Shown here piece by piece: positions 1-9,430 of a stretch of 20,000 nt of DNA (position 1 is its first letter; each line of letters starts with the position of its first letter). The translations under genes were made by a program, and so were the position numbers. The notes under the pieces are model-generated. The model searched no databases. It saw only the letters and a program-made list of their open reading frames with translations, and had not been told where the DNA came from. The stretch comes from Rhizaria sp. SCN 62-66 (Eukaryota), in NCBI GenBank assembly GCA_001724265.1, contig MEDY01000025.1, forward strand, positions 115,777 to 135,776, written 5' to 3'.

Positions 1-1
1 G

Positions 2-2038
2 GCGGCAGCGGCTTACTTTACCGATGTAAGGGCCTTCGCGCTCACACTGCTTGAGCGTGCTGTGTCACTCAACAACAGTACAGCCAGCAACAACAGCAGC
101 AATGCAACAAGCGCCACGAGCCGCTTTAAGGGCTCTGCTAATGCGACTGCTGCGAGCAATACGGGCGCTAATGTAAGTGCCTCATCTGCCTCAGGTGTAA
201 GTGCTGTCACGAACCGTGTTGCGACGCTGTTAGCTGCTATCTCTGCCTTTGACAGCTTTTGCGCTCAAAGCCACGATAACAAGCACAACTTCAACACTCT
301 GAACTCTGTCGCTGGCGGTGGTGGCAGCGCGACCCCGCCCTCACCCAATCGCAATAACAACAACAACAGCAGCGCTAGTAGCAGCTCTAATACCACTGCT
401 GCTGCTGCTGCGGCAACTGTTGTCGCGCGTGCCTTAGCCTCGCATCTAAGGACCAGCTCCAAGAACAATCTAAGTTCCTCCTCTGTGAGCAGCAGTAGTC
501 TAAGTAGTACCACCCCCCTTAGTTACGTCAACCTCGCCCGCGCTCTTCGTTTTATCGCCTTGATCGCCCACCGCCGCCGCACCCCGGCCTCTCCAGCCCA
601 CGGTCACCCCTCCAGTTTGCCGTCGCCGCCTTGCTCTCACGCCCGCGCGTCCCGCCCCGTCGGCGGTCTGCGTACAGTCTCGCTCAACGTGCCGCTGCCG
701 CCGCCGCTGGCCGCCACTGCTGCGGCGGCCGCGGCGGCGGGGGCCGTGGCCGGTGTGCTGGCGGGGGTGGAGCGGGCTCTGGCAGCGCTGCAGACTGAGA
801 TCAGGGACGCGGCGCTTGCTCAGGGCGGCACGGGTACCGGCAAGACTGCGAGTGCTGTTGCTGCGCAAGTCACGAGTACTCACCATATCACGGACGCTGC
901 TGCTGCTGTTGCTCATCAGCATGGTGTTGTGAATGGAGCTGGCTTCACTGCGATTGATATGGGGGCATTGGGGATGAGTGATGATGTTGATGCTGATCAT
1001 GATGACAGTGATGGCCAATTTGACCGCGCCAACAACAACAACAACAAAAACATTACATCCAATAGCAAGAGTAAGTCTGCTGCTGCTGCTGCTAAAGCGA
1101 GCAACAAGATGAGTTATGCATCAAGTCGTAACATTGATAACTACGCCACCGGTAATCACAGTAATGATGACGACGATGACGACGACGCTGAGGCCGGTAT
1201 CCGTTCTCTTTCTCGTGACGCTGCTGCCAGTGAAGATGATAACGACGTGTTTTACGACTTGGACGCTGCCGTTCTTCAAGAACTTGAAGATGCTAACGGC
1301 GACGAGGACGATATGGACCTCGATCTCGACAGTATTCAAGAACTTGAAGAAGATCCTGCTACTACAGCAGCGCGCGCGCAAGCGCTTGCATCTCGCCAGC
1401 TTGGAAACACCGGCACCGACACTGGCACTGGAGACGGCGCGAACGTTGCGACTGTCACCCATGCAGACACCACCATGAACGCGAACAGCATTGCCTCCAA
1501 GTCTAAGCCTCGCACACAGGCTCAGTCCAACACAGCTAAGCGCACTGCTGCTGTTAATGCATCTTCGCAGTTTCTGTCGTGCTCACAGTTGCAACTGCCG
1601 TCTCATGTCCCCGCCACGGCCCTGAGTGCGTTGCTCTCTCAGTCAGCCCGTGTCGCCCCCGCCCGAGCGCCCGCCCTCCCCGCACCCACACCCAAACCCA
1701 AGGCGCTCTCCTCTTCGTCGGCGACCGTGGGCGGCGCGCATAGCAGCGGTGTGACCGTGAGCAGCGGTGGTGGCAGTGACGTGCTGACTGAAGAGACGGT
1801 AAGCAAGGGCCGTCTCCCGGCTGAGGCGGCTCCCCCGACCGCTGACACGCTAGGACTGATCAAGCTCTTGGCCAAGATGACTGCGCAGAGCGCCGCGGTT
1901 GCCGCCGTGGGACTTGCACTGCCGCTGCCGTGGGCGGTGTACGCGTGGAGTGAGGAAAAGGGGCGCAAGAGGGCCGCTGTGACCGGCGCGGCGTGGGTGC
2001 AAGCGGCCCTGTTCGTTGACGTCAACACGCTTTCATAA
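2..2038 (+). CDS. Hypothetical low-complexity protein, 3' part (open at the window's left edge)
   Basis: The frame is open from position 2 (AAAAYFTDVRAFALTLLERAVSLN...) to TAA at 2036-2038. It is GC-rich with poly-A/S/N/D tracts between helical-looking segments, and composition drops abruptly to AT-rich after the stop. No family recognised. Confidence 0.75.
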   Translation, partial: AAAAYFTDVRAFALTLLERAVSLNNSTASNNSSNATSATSRFKGSANATAASNTGANVSASSASGVSAVTNRVATLLAAISAFDSFCAQSHDNKHNFNTLNSVAGGGGSATPPSPNRNNNNNSSASSSSNTTAAAAAATVVARALASHLRTSSKNNLSSSSVSSSSLSSTTPLSYVNLARALRFIALIAHRRRTPASPAHGHPSSLPSPPCSHARASRPVGGLRTVSLNVPLPPPLAATAAAAAAAGAVAGVLAGVERALAALQTEIRDAALAQGGTGTGKTASAVAAQVTSTHHITDAAAAVAHQHGVVNGAGFTAIDMGALGMSDDVDADHDDSDGQFDRANNNNNKNITSNSKSKSAAAAAKASNKMSYASSRNIDNYATGNHSNDDDDDDDAEAGIRSLSRDAAASEDDNDVFYDLDAAVLQELEDANGDEDDMDLDLDSIQELEEDPATTAARAQALASRQLGNTGTDTGTGDGANVATVTHADTTMNANSIASKSKPRTQAQSNTAKRTAAVNASSQFLSCSQLQLPSHVPATALSALLSQSARVAPARAPALPAPTPKPKALSSSSATVGGAHSSGVTVSSGGGSDVLTEETVSKGRLPAEAAPPTADTLGLIKLLAKMTAQSAAVAAVGLALPLPWAVYAWSEEKGRKRAAVTGAAWVQAALFVDVNTLS

Positions 2039-2465
2039 GCACAAAACACATATATATCACACCGAACTAATATTATAATTTGTTACTTAGTATATTATTG
2101 GATAAAACATCAGAATACAAACAATTGAACTACTCAGCAACGATTAAGTCTCTTTTCAAGTTCTGTTAGCTAAACTTAGACCGGTTGCTCTGTTTTGTGG
2201 CGGCTGGGTGGGGACAAGGGGGTCGTCGAAACGAGGTAAGATTAATGATCATTATCACTCTCTTCTGATCGACAGAAGCTTGCGTTACGCTGATGTCTGA
2301 GCATGAGCGTTGTAAATTTAGATAAAACTTTTACCATATCCTCATAACTGCAAAAATTGTGATGTTTTATCTACCCCTCGTCCTCCTTCCTAGAGCGCTC
2401 TCGCCCCGTCTCCGCAGCCTCTCTCTCCCCGCTCTCAGCGCCCTCCAGCTAGGCCCCCGAGCAAG

Positions 2466-5400
2466 ATGTCCGCGCCGCAGACCGCCATCAGTGACGTCTC
2501 CGTCACCTTCCACCTCTGGTACGGCAATCTATCTTGAACCATTCTCTCGAACCAGCTCCAGCACACCTCATCACGCTCGTTACTTGCCCTCTCTTGTATC
2601 CACTCGCTCACACTCGAATCTCTCCCTTTCTCCGCAATGTTACTCTCTGCGCAGGACTGGTGCGGCTCAGACGCTGCTGGTCAATGGCAACACAACCGTT
2701 GCTGAGGTCAAGCAACGTCTCTGGCGCACTCAAAAGCTCCCTGGAGGTATGTTACTCTGACACAAAGCTCACCATCAGAACTTATCTTTTACGACCTGAT
2801 TGATCACGCTGATCACATTAGACGCCATGTAACTTCAGAATTCAGTTCAGATTCGTTGATTTGCTTTGAATCCGGCATATTTTGTCTTGTTTTTAACTCA
2901 TCTTCTATCAATTATTTAATTCCAATCGCTGCTTTCTTGATACCACCGCACCACCAACACCACCAACACCGGAAACTCTACAGAGATCGACTCTGCCTCC
3001 TACGTCATCGCTCTGTCAGACACACGCGTCTACTTCCCCGACCCCACCCCGATGGCCGACGTGTTCGACTACTCGCTCCTCATCGACCCGTTCCCGAACT
3101 CCAACGTCCACAACAACAACCCTGCCAACGCCTCCAACGCCACCACGTCGTCAGTGACTGAGCTCACCATCGATGTGGACTTTCTCCCCGCTAACTGGCG
3201 TCTCGACCACGACCAGCGCACGCGCGGCCTTCCCAGCGCGCCCCTTAACACGCTGCGGTGCTTCCCGGCCTCGCGCCGTGAGGCTAAGGCACTGTTGAAC
3301 CTATACATGTGGGAGCAAAGGTACCTCGTCTTTGAGGGATACACTCTCTATGTGTTCAAATCGCAGAAACACGCCCTAGCCGGCGAGAAGGCGCAGGTTG
3401 TCGTGCCGCTGGAGGGAGCCCACGCGTACTCGGTGTCTAACTTGACGCTCACGGGCTCCAGCAGCGGCGGCGGTAGCGGACCCGGGGGGATTAGAGGCGA
3501 CTCCACCCCACTGATGGCTGAGTCAACTTCCTCACACCAGAACCTGCTGTTGATCAAGCAGCACGACGCTGTCACCGCCACGCCATCGCCGATGGCTCTC
3601 ACCGCGCACTCCCGCTCCTCCAAGGCGGTGCTGTTGGCCCGCAGCACGCCTGGTAACCCCGTGTTTGCGTCCATGTTCACCAAGGATGACTTGGCCAAGC
3701 CCAGGGAGGGCGTGCTTGTCTTCTCCTTTGAGACGATGGGGGCCCGCGATGCCGTGGCCACGGTTGTTTCAGACCGCCACTTTAAGCACTGCAGGGCGGT
3801 GTGGGCTGCTGGTGCCCGTGAGCTCGCTCGGTACGTTTTTGAGCTTTGTTCTGAACCTAGACATATAACTCGTTGATAAGTTGTCTTGTAACGAATTATT
3901 CTGCTGTATTCGACGAAATAAGTTTCATTTAAATCTAAGAAATGTCGTTTACCTTGAAAATACGCTCCTTACATTATTCTTCATTCTGTTTCATTCTCTT
4001 TGTTTTGCCTCTATCCAGCCGCAACGCGTTGAACGAGCAGGGCATCTTCCGCCTTGCTGGCAACGGCGAGCACGTGGGCCGCGTTACCGCAGACCTCATG
4101 ATCGGCACTCTTGACCGCCTGCCCTACGTGCGCGACTCCAACGCCGTCGCCGACGCCATCAAGCGCGCACTTAGGAACATGCCGGAGCCGCCGATGACGT
4201 ATGCTTTGTACTCTGACTGGTTAGCCCTCGTCCCCAAGCCCCCTGCCGCGGGCGCTACTACGGCTGCGAACACGACGGACTCTGCGGTCAATTTGACTGC
4301 GATGCAGAGCGGGGTCGCCGAGCTCATGAAGCATCTCCCCGAACAAGTACGTCTCCTATCTCTAACTTCCACGTCATTTTGTGACTTGAGATATGTATCA
4401 ACGAGACTATTGTTAATGTATTCAAAGATATAAAACTAAATCTGATTAAATTATCGTATTTGACTATCAGTTCACACCGTATATATATATCAAAATATCG
4501 TTTTTCTTGTTTTCGCCCCTAATCTACGATAGAACCGTGCGCTGGTCCGCTCCGTGCTGCTCTACTGCCACCGCGCTTCGTCCCCCTGCCACGCACCCCA
4601 CTCCCTGATGACTCCCCGCAACCTCGCCGTAGTCTTCGCGCCCGTCCTGCTCCGCTCCCTCGCCGAGCTGCCTCACCAGGCGATCGCGAACCAGAAGCGC
4701 GCAGTCGAGCTCGTCGCCGTCCTTATCCAGCAGGCCCCTCTTCTGCTCACGCTGCCGCCCAAGGTCGGGCCGTACTCAGACTTCTCTTTCACCACCACCG
4801 CCGCTGCGGCCCCTGTGCCCGCCGCCGCCGCCCGCGCCGCGCTTCCGCCCTCCCGCCCCCAACAGCAGCAACAGCAGCAGCAATTGCCGCCCCCGCTGCC
4901 GCAGACCTCGGGCCCCCCCGGCTTGACTTCCGTCACCTCGGGCGGTCCACCCCCCTTGCCCGCCACCGCCCCTGGCAGCAGCATGGGGGGCCCTCCCCCG
5001 CTCACGGTCATTGCGGGCGCCCCCATGGTGACGCCTTCGGCCGCCGTCTCCCCGTCCAACACCGCCTACCCCCCCACTGCGCCGGCTACCACAACCAACG
5101 CCGGCTTTGTCGCCAACGCGGTGGCGCCGCCGCCGCTGCCGGCGCTGGCGGGCGTCAAGTCCACCGACGTCTACTCGACCTTCTCGGAGGCCGAGGCCGA
5201 CGCCGCCGCCGCCTCGGCCGGCGTGCCTCCGCCGCTGCCCGCGTCTTCCATCCCGCCGTCGCTCCCCAACAGCAGCAGCGCGAATATGCGCCGTTTCTCA
5301 GGCATCGTCGGCGTCCCCATCGCCACCCCGACCCCCTCGGCGGCTGCGCTCGCCGCCATCGTCAACGGCGCCGGCGCCAACGCTGCGGGGGGCGTAGTCG

Positions 5401-6095
5401 TGGGCGGTATCAAGCTGCCCCCGCCGCTGCCGCCGGCGTCTTACCCCGCTCCTGCCTCTGCCGCTGCCGCCGCTGCTGCTCCTGCTGCTCCTGCTGGCCC
5501 GCCAGCGCTGCCGCCGTCGCTGCCGCCGCTGCCGGCCGCCCCAGCCAATGACGCCGCCGCTGCTGCCGCGGCCGCTGCGGCGGAAGCTACCGCTGCCCAG
5601 GTAAGTCCTCAACGACGATTGTCAAAACAAGGACACCTCATGCTAATGAAAGAACATCACGATTCCATCATGCATTGCCTTAACTGTTTATGTACTGTTT
5701 TATTCCTATGCTCGTTTAAAACTTATTTCATAACAATATGATCTCACTGTATTCACTTTTGTTTCCTCTCGTAACTCTGTTTCACCACAAATCGTGTTCT
5801 GCAGGCGCGTCAGGTCCAGGCCCTGCGCCAAGCCTACCTCGAGCAAGCAGCCGCCGCGACGGCCGCCGTGGAGGCTCTGGCGCACGTCGTCGAGGAAGCC
5901 CTGCGCGCCGCCGAAGACAACGACGATAACAGCCTGAGCAACGGCGGCGTCGCGGCCGGGGGGTCACAGGAGCTCGGTGCCGCTCTCGAGGGGGTCTATC
6001 GCCGTGCGCAGGGGTACGCCAAGGCGCTGGCTGAGGGCGTGGGGAGCGAGATTGCGCAGGTTAAGGCGTGGACGGAGAAGGCGAAGCGGTATTGA
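2466..6095 (+). CDS. Rho GTPase-activating protein: ubiquitin-like N-terminus, PH domain, RhoGAP domain, Pro-rich region, C-terminal helix; 6 exons, 892 aa
   Basis: join(2466-2518,2655-2746,2984-3830,4019-4346,4533-5600,5805-6095) = 2679 nt, all GT-AG and phase-compatible. RhoGAP motifs: NEQGIFRLAGN (arginine finger), VADAIKRALRNMPEPPMTYALY, LPEQNRALVRSVL, MTPRNLAVVFAPVLLR. PH motif: WEQRYLVFEGYTLYVFKS...VVPLEGA. Ubiquitin-fold-like segment: VTFHLWTGAAQTLLVNGNTTVAEVKQRL. Confidence 0.9.
2519..2654 (+). other. Spliceosomal intron 1 of RhoGAP gene
   Basis: GTACGG...pyrimidine tract...GCAG; the join restores the Trp codon tg|g. Confidence 0.75.
2747..2983 (+). other. Spliceosomal intron 2 of RhoGAP gene
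   Basis: GTATGT...CTACAG; phase 1, joins in frame with the 3052 ORF. Confidence 0.75.
3831..4018 (+). other. Spliceosomal intron 3 of RhoGAP gene
   Basis: GTACGT...ATCCAG, AT-rich; the join gives ELARRNALNEQGIFR. Confidence 0.85.
4347..4532 (+). other. Spliceosomal intron 4 of RhoGAP gene
   Basis: GTACGT...CTAAT...GATAG; the join gives LPEQ|NRAL, matching the RhoGAP LP..N...L pattern. Confidence 0.9.
5601..5804 (+). other. Spliceosomal intron 5 of RhoGAP gene
   Basis: CAG|GTAAGT...TCTGCAG, AT-rich, phase 0. Confidence 0.85.
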
Positions 6096-6330
6096 GGCTG
6101 AGAATTAGTGATACAATGGTTATGGTATGTTCTGTCACTCTTGTTCTGTATCTTGTGTGAGTGTACTTGTGATGGATAACAATTTTTTGTTGGAATAAAT
6201 CCACGTTATATCTGTGAAACATGGCACTTCGAATAGCAAATCTCATAGTTGTGTCAACATAATAAGATTTCATGAAGATATAGACAGCTTCGTGACATTT
6301 TCAAGTTCTTGACTGCAATTGCTGGAGGCC

Positions 6331-6366
6331 AAGTGACCGTGAGCTGCCAGGCGCTCACGGTCACTT
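6331..6366. repeat. Perfect 14-bp inverted repeat (hairpin) in intergenic DNA
   Basis: AAGTGACCGTGAGC (6331-6344), an 8-nt spacer TGCCAGGC, then GCTCACGGTCACTT (6353-6366). Confidence 0.9.
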
Positions 6367-6626
6367 AGAAAATGCTTGCTGGGCGACCGAGCAACAGTCG
6401 AGCTGGCCCCGAATGGGAGAGCCTGTAGCGCGAGACAGCGTCATCTGGATAAATTGTAATTAATGGATTAAATAGTGTGCATCATGTAGAAATTGTGAAT
6501 ATTACCCAGAAATCTATCCTTGTTCAGGAACGCGATCTGGAAGCTTTGTTTGTGCCCAACGCAGTGCGACTCACCCTAGCCTTGCTCCCCGCTCTCCCAC
6601 GTTTCCCCCACCTCGCCATTCTTCAG

Positions 6627-7140
6627 ATGCTCGGTCGCTTCGTCGCTCAGGCTGCTAACAAGGGTATGTTGTATCCGCCTATTATTCACATTTACTATTA
6701 CATCCTCGTTTCGATGCAAACAATCCCCTCAAAGCCCAGCCCTCGCCCCCAAACCCACGCTTCTCTCACTGAACTCTTCAATCTTACCCCCTCGTCTCTG
6801 CTCTTGCTTTCGCCCTCTCACAGTCGTCCAGGGCCCCGCCCGCTCGTTCCACGGCACCCCCGCCGCGGCCGCTCACGGCTACAAGATGCCTTCCGAGGGC
6901 ATCGTCGCCCGCGCGTCGGACCCCTACGCTTCCCGCACCGCTGCCATCCGCAACTTCCTCTACACCAACTTCGTCCAGAAGGCCTCGTCCTCGGCGCTCA
7001 TGGTCGCCGGTCTCGCCGTTGTGTTCGAGCAGGCATACGAGAACGTCATGGAGTCGGCCTGGAAGAGCTCCAACGCTAACATGCAGTACGAGGACGTGAT
7101 CGCCACGTTCCCCGAGGTGCCCCCCAACTGCGACGAGTAA
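6627..7140 (+). CDS. QCR9: Cytochrome b-c1 complex subunit 9 (QCR9/UQCR10-like) with N-terminal extension; 2 exons, 117 aa
   Basis: join(6627-6663,6824-7140). The core LYTNFVQKASSSALMVAGLAVVFEQAYENVMESAWKSSNANMQYEDV fits the QCR9 pattern (Y..f.r.s.......g...FE.........w...N.g..y.di). The N-terminus MLGRFVAQAANKVVQGPARSFHGT resembles a mitochondrial presequence. Confidence 0.8.
6664..6823 (+). other. Spliceosomal intron of QCR9
   Basis: GTATGT...CTCTCACAG; phase 1, in frame with the 6886 ORF. Confidence 0.8.
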
Positions 7141-7885
7141 ATTCTCTCACACTCCTCCGCTACCCCCTGTACTGCGCCTCCCTTGTTGTGAAATCATGAC
7201 GGGGAAGCGTGTGATGGGGGTGCGTGGCGCCGGGACGCGGGATTTGTGGTTGAAAATACGTGTTTCACCGTCATTTGCGGGAAACATTTCTCTACATCAC
7301 AACGCTTGTGAGGCTATGAGTTTGACTCTGATCGGTTGCTCTTAACTCGCACCCGTGTCCCGGAGGCCCACACCTGGGGGCGCTGCGCCGAACACACGCC
7401 GCCTTATCGTTGTGGTGTGTTGCGGGCGCCCTCGCGCGACTCTGTCTCTCCTAGTTGAACACACAAACAAACTCCCAAACCATCCAAGTATGGCACGTTG
7501 GCTTGAGTCCAACGGCGTTGCTTTGGATGGTGAGGGGGGCCAGAGTCAAGCTATCTATTCGATTTTATTTTGTTCATGCTCTTATTGCGTTTAGCTCAAT
7601 ACATTGTGCTTTATGTCATGCAACCACCGTTTTGTGGTTTATATCGCTTCAATTGATGCTTGTGAGACTTGAGTTTTTCGGTCCCGGCTGTCATGGGCAG
7701 CTCGCTCGCGAGATGAGCGATAAAGCAATTTGCGCAGCGACCTCTAATGCCCTCTCTAAGAGCACCCTACCTGCGTTGAATAGTAATGCGTCACTAAAGT
7801 TACAATAATTACGAGCGCTTTTATAACATATTTTACTCACATTCTCTCACACCCACAACTCTACCTCTAAACAGACACTTCTACC

Positions 7886-8564
7886 ATGGCTGGTATGAAC
7901 AAGAGCAAGGTACGTTAGTCATCCCTTTCCACCCGCTTCTGAGCCTCCCCGTCTCTGTTTTTTCGTCTACCATTGCACATCCGCGTTGCCAACGTGTGAT
8001 TCTACGTAAATAGCGAGGCTATATCCCTTGAAACCGTGGCCATCCACTCACATATCATTTTGTTGTATCTCCCACGCTCGCTCTCGCTCTCGCTCTGTTT
8101 CCGCCCTGCTTCCTTAGATCCTGACGCTCGCCAAGGGCTTCCGCGGACGCTCCAAGAACTGCCAGATGCTTGCCCGCAACCGTGTGGAGCGCGGCCTGCA
8201 GCACGCCTACGTGAACCGCAAGCTCAAGGCGCGCAACTTCCGCGCCTCGTGGCTCCAGTCGATCGGCGCGGGCGTCCGCGAGACCGGCTTTAACTACTCC
8301 CGCTTTATCAACGAGGCGTCCCAGGCCAAGGTCGGGCTGAACCGCCGCGTGCTGGCGCTGCTGGCCGAGACGGAGCCGCTGTCGTTCCGCGCCGTCGCCA
8401 TGCACGTCAAGGAGAACACCCTCGCGCGCGGCGCGACCCTTCCCGGCGTTGACCAGCTTACTGACTACGGACACGTCTGCTCGTCGATCGTTGTCTCCAC
8501 GGTTCCCGTCGGCAAGATCGAGGTCAAGCCCAAGGCGCGCCGTGCCTCGATCAATTACTACTAA
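7886..8564 (+). CDS. MRPL20: Mitochondrial ribosomal protein L20 (bL20m); 2 exons, 156 aa
   Basis: join(7886-7909,8118-8564): MAGMNKSK|ILTLAKGFRGRSKNC...VERGLQHAYVNRKLKARNFRASW...YSRFI...LNRRVLALLAETEPLSF, the classic bL20 signature. The short MNK-type N-terminus resembles eukaryotic mitochondrial L20. Confidence 0.95.
7910..8117 (+). other. Spliceosomal intron of L20
   Basis: AAG|GTACGT...TTCCTTAG, phase 0. Confidence 0.9.
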
Positions 8565-9430
8565 GCGGAAACGGCGAAGCACAGCGTTGCTGCTCTTGCT
8601 CTGCAGCAACGATGAGGATTGCATAAGGATGTTCTTCCGTTGACAAGTCTCAATCGCCTTTGGTCACGGCAGCGTCCATTGCGTTTTTGCAGGTAATCCG
8701 TAGTAGTAAACGTGTGTTCACTAAGCGTATGCGCGATTTGGTTTAGCATGCGCACGTCTCAAGGTAAACACAACAAGTCTTAATTTATACCAATGACATC
8801 AGTCTCCTCTAAGCAGCCACACTCTATGTGGTGCTTAATAACGTGAACGACCATTGGTTCTCTCTATCTTTTCATCACTTTCTTACTTTCTCTAGCATAA
8901 CACACGTGCTATCCGATCACAGCAACAAATGCCAGTTGCGTACCCCGTACATTGGCACTGTTTGCTGTGTGTAAGTATGCACAACAAGTGTTCTGTTACC
9001 CCCTCCGTTACACAGTTATATCAGTCTCTCTGACACTCTGCTTTGTGAACTCGCAATACCTACTTGCATATGCACGTGCAGCATTCGATAACATTACCAA
9101 CAACTGGCACTCTCAACCAGGTTGTTGTCCGTCGTCTTTGCTCTTGGCTTCAGCAGTTGGGACTGTTTGTCATATTTGTAGTGTGCCGTATTTTTAATCA
9201 CATTGAAAACGATACTAATACACAACATTAAACACAAAACAATGTCAATTGTTCATTATGTATTCAAATTGCTTAGTTCTACAACACTTTGGCCATCATA
9301 CAGCAGACTCGCATTGCAGTCTCTCAACTTTTCACAATAACCGCCTTGCCTTCATTGCTAGCGCACAGTCAGTCACACGCACTCGCTTACAGTCACATTT
9401 TTTGCTGACTCAGCATGTTTGCCGACTCAC

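Noticed and set aside
2144-2300. Short antisense resemblance to LSU rRNA and a possible C/D-box snoRNA (ATGATCA...CTGA...CTGA)
   Set aside because: The C box is imperfect, the matches are short and low-complexity, and there is no terminal stem. It cannot be supported without a snoscan/Rfam search.
6477-7079. 200-aa ORF overlapping QCR9
   Set aside because: A composite of 5' flank, exon 1, intron and an off-frame reading of exon 2.
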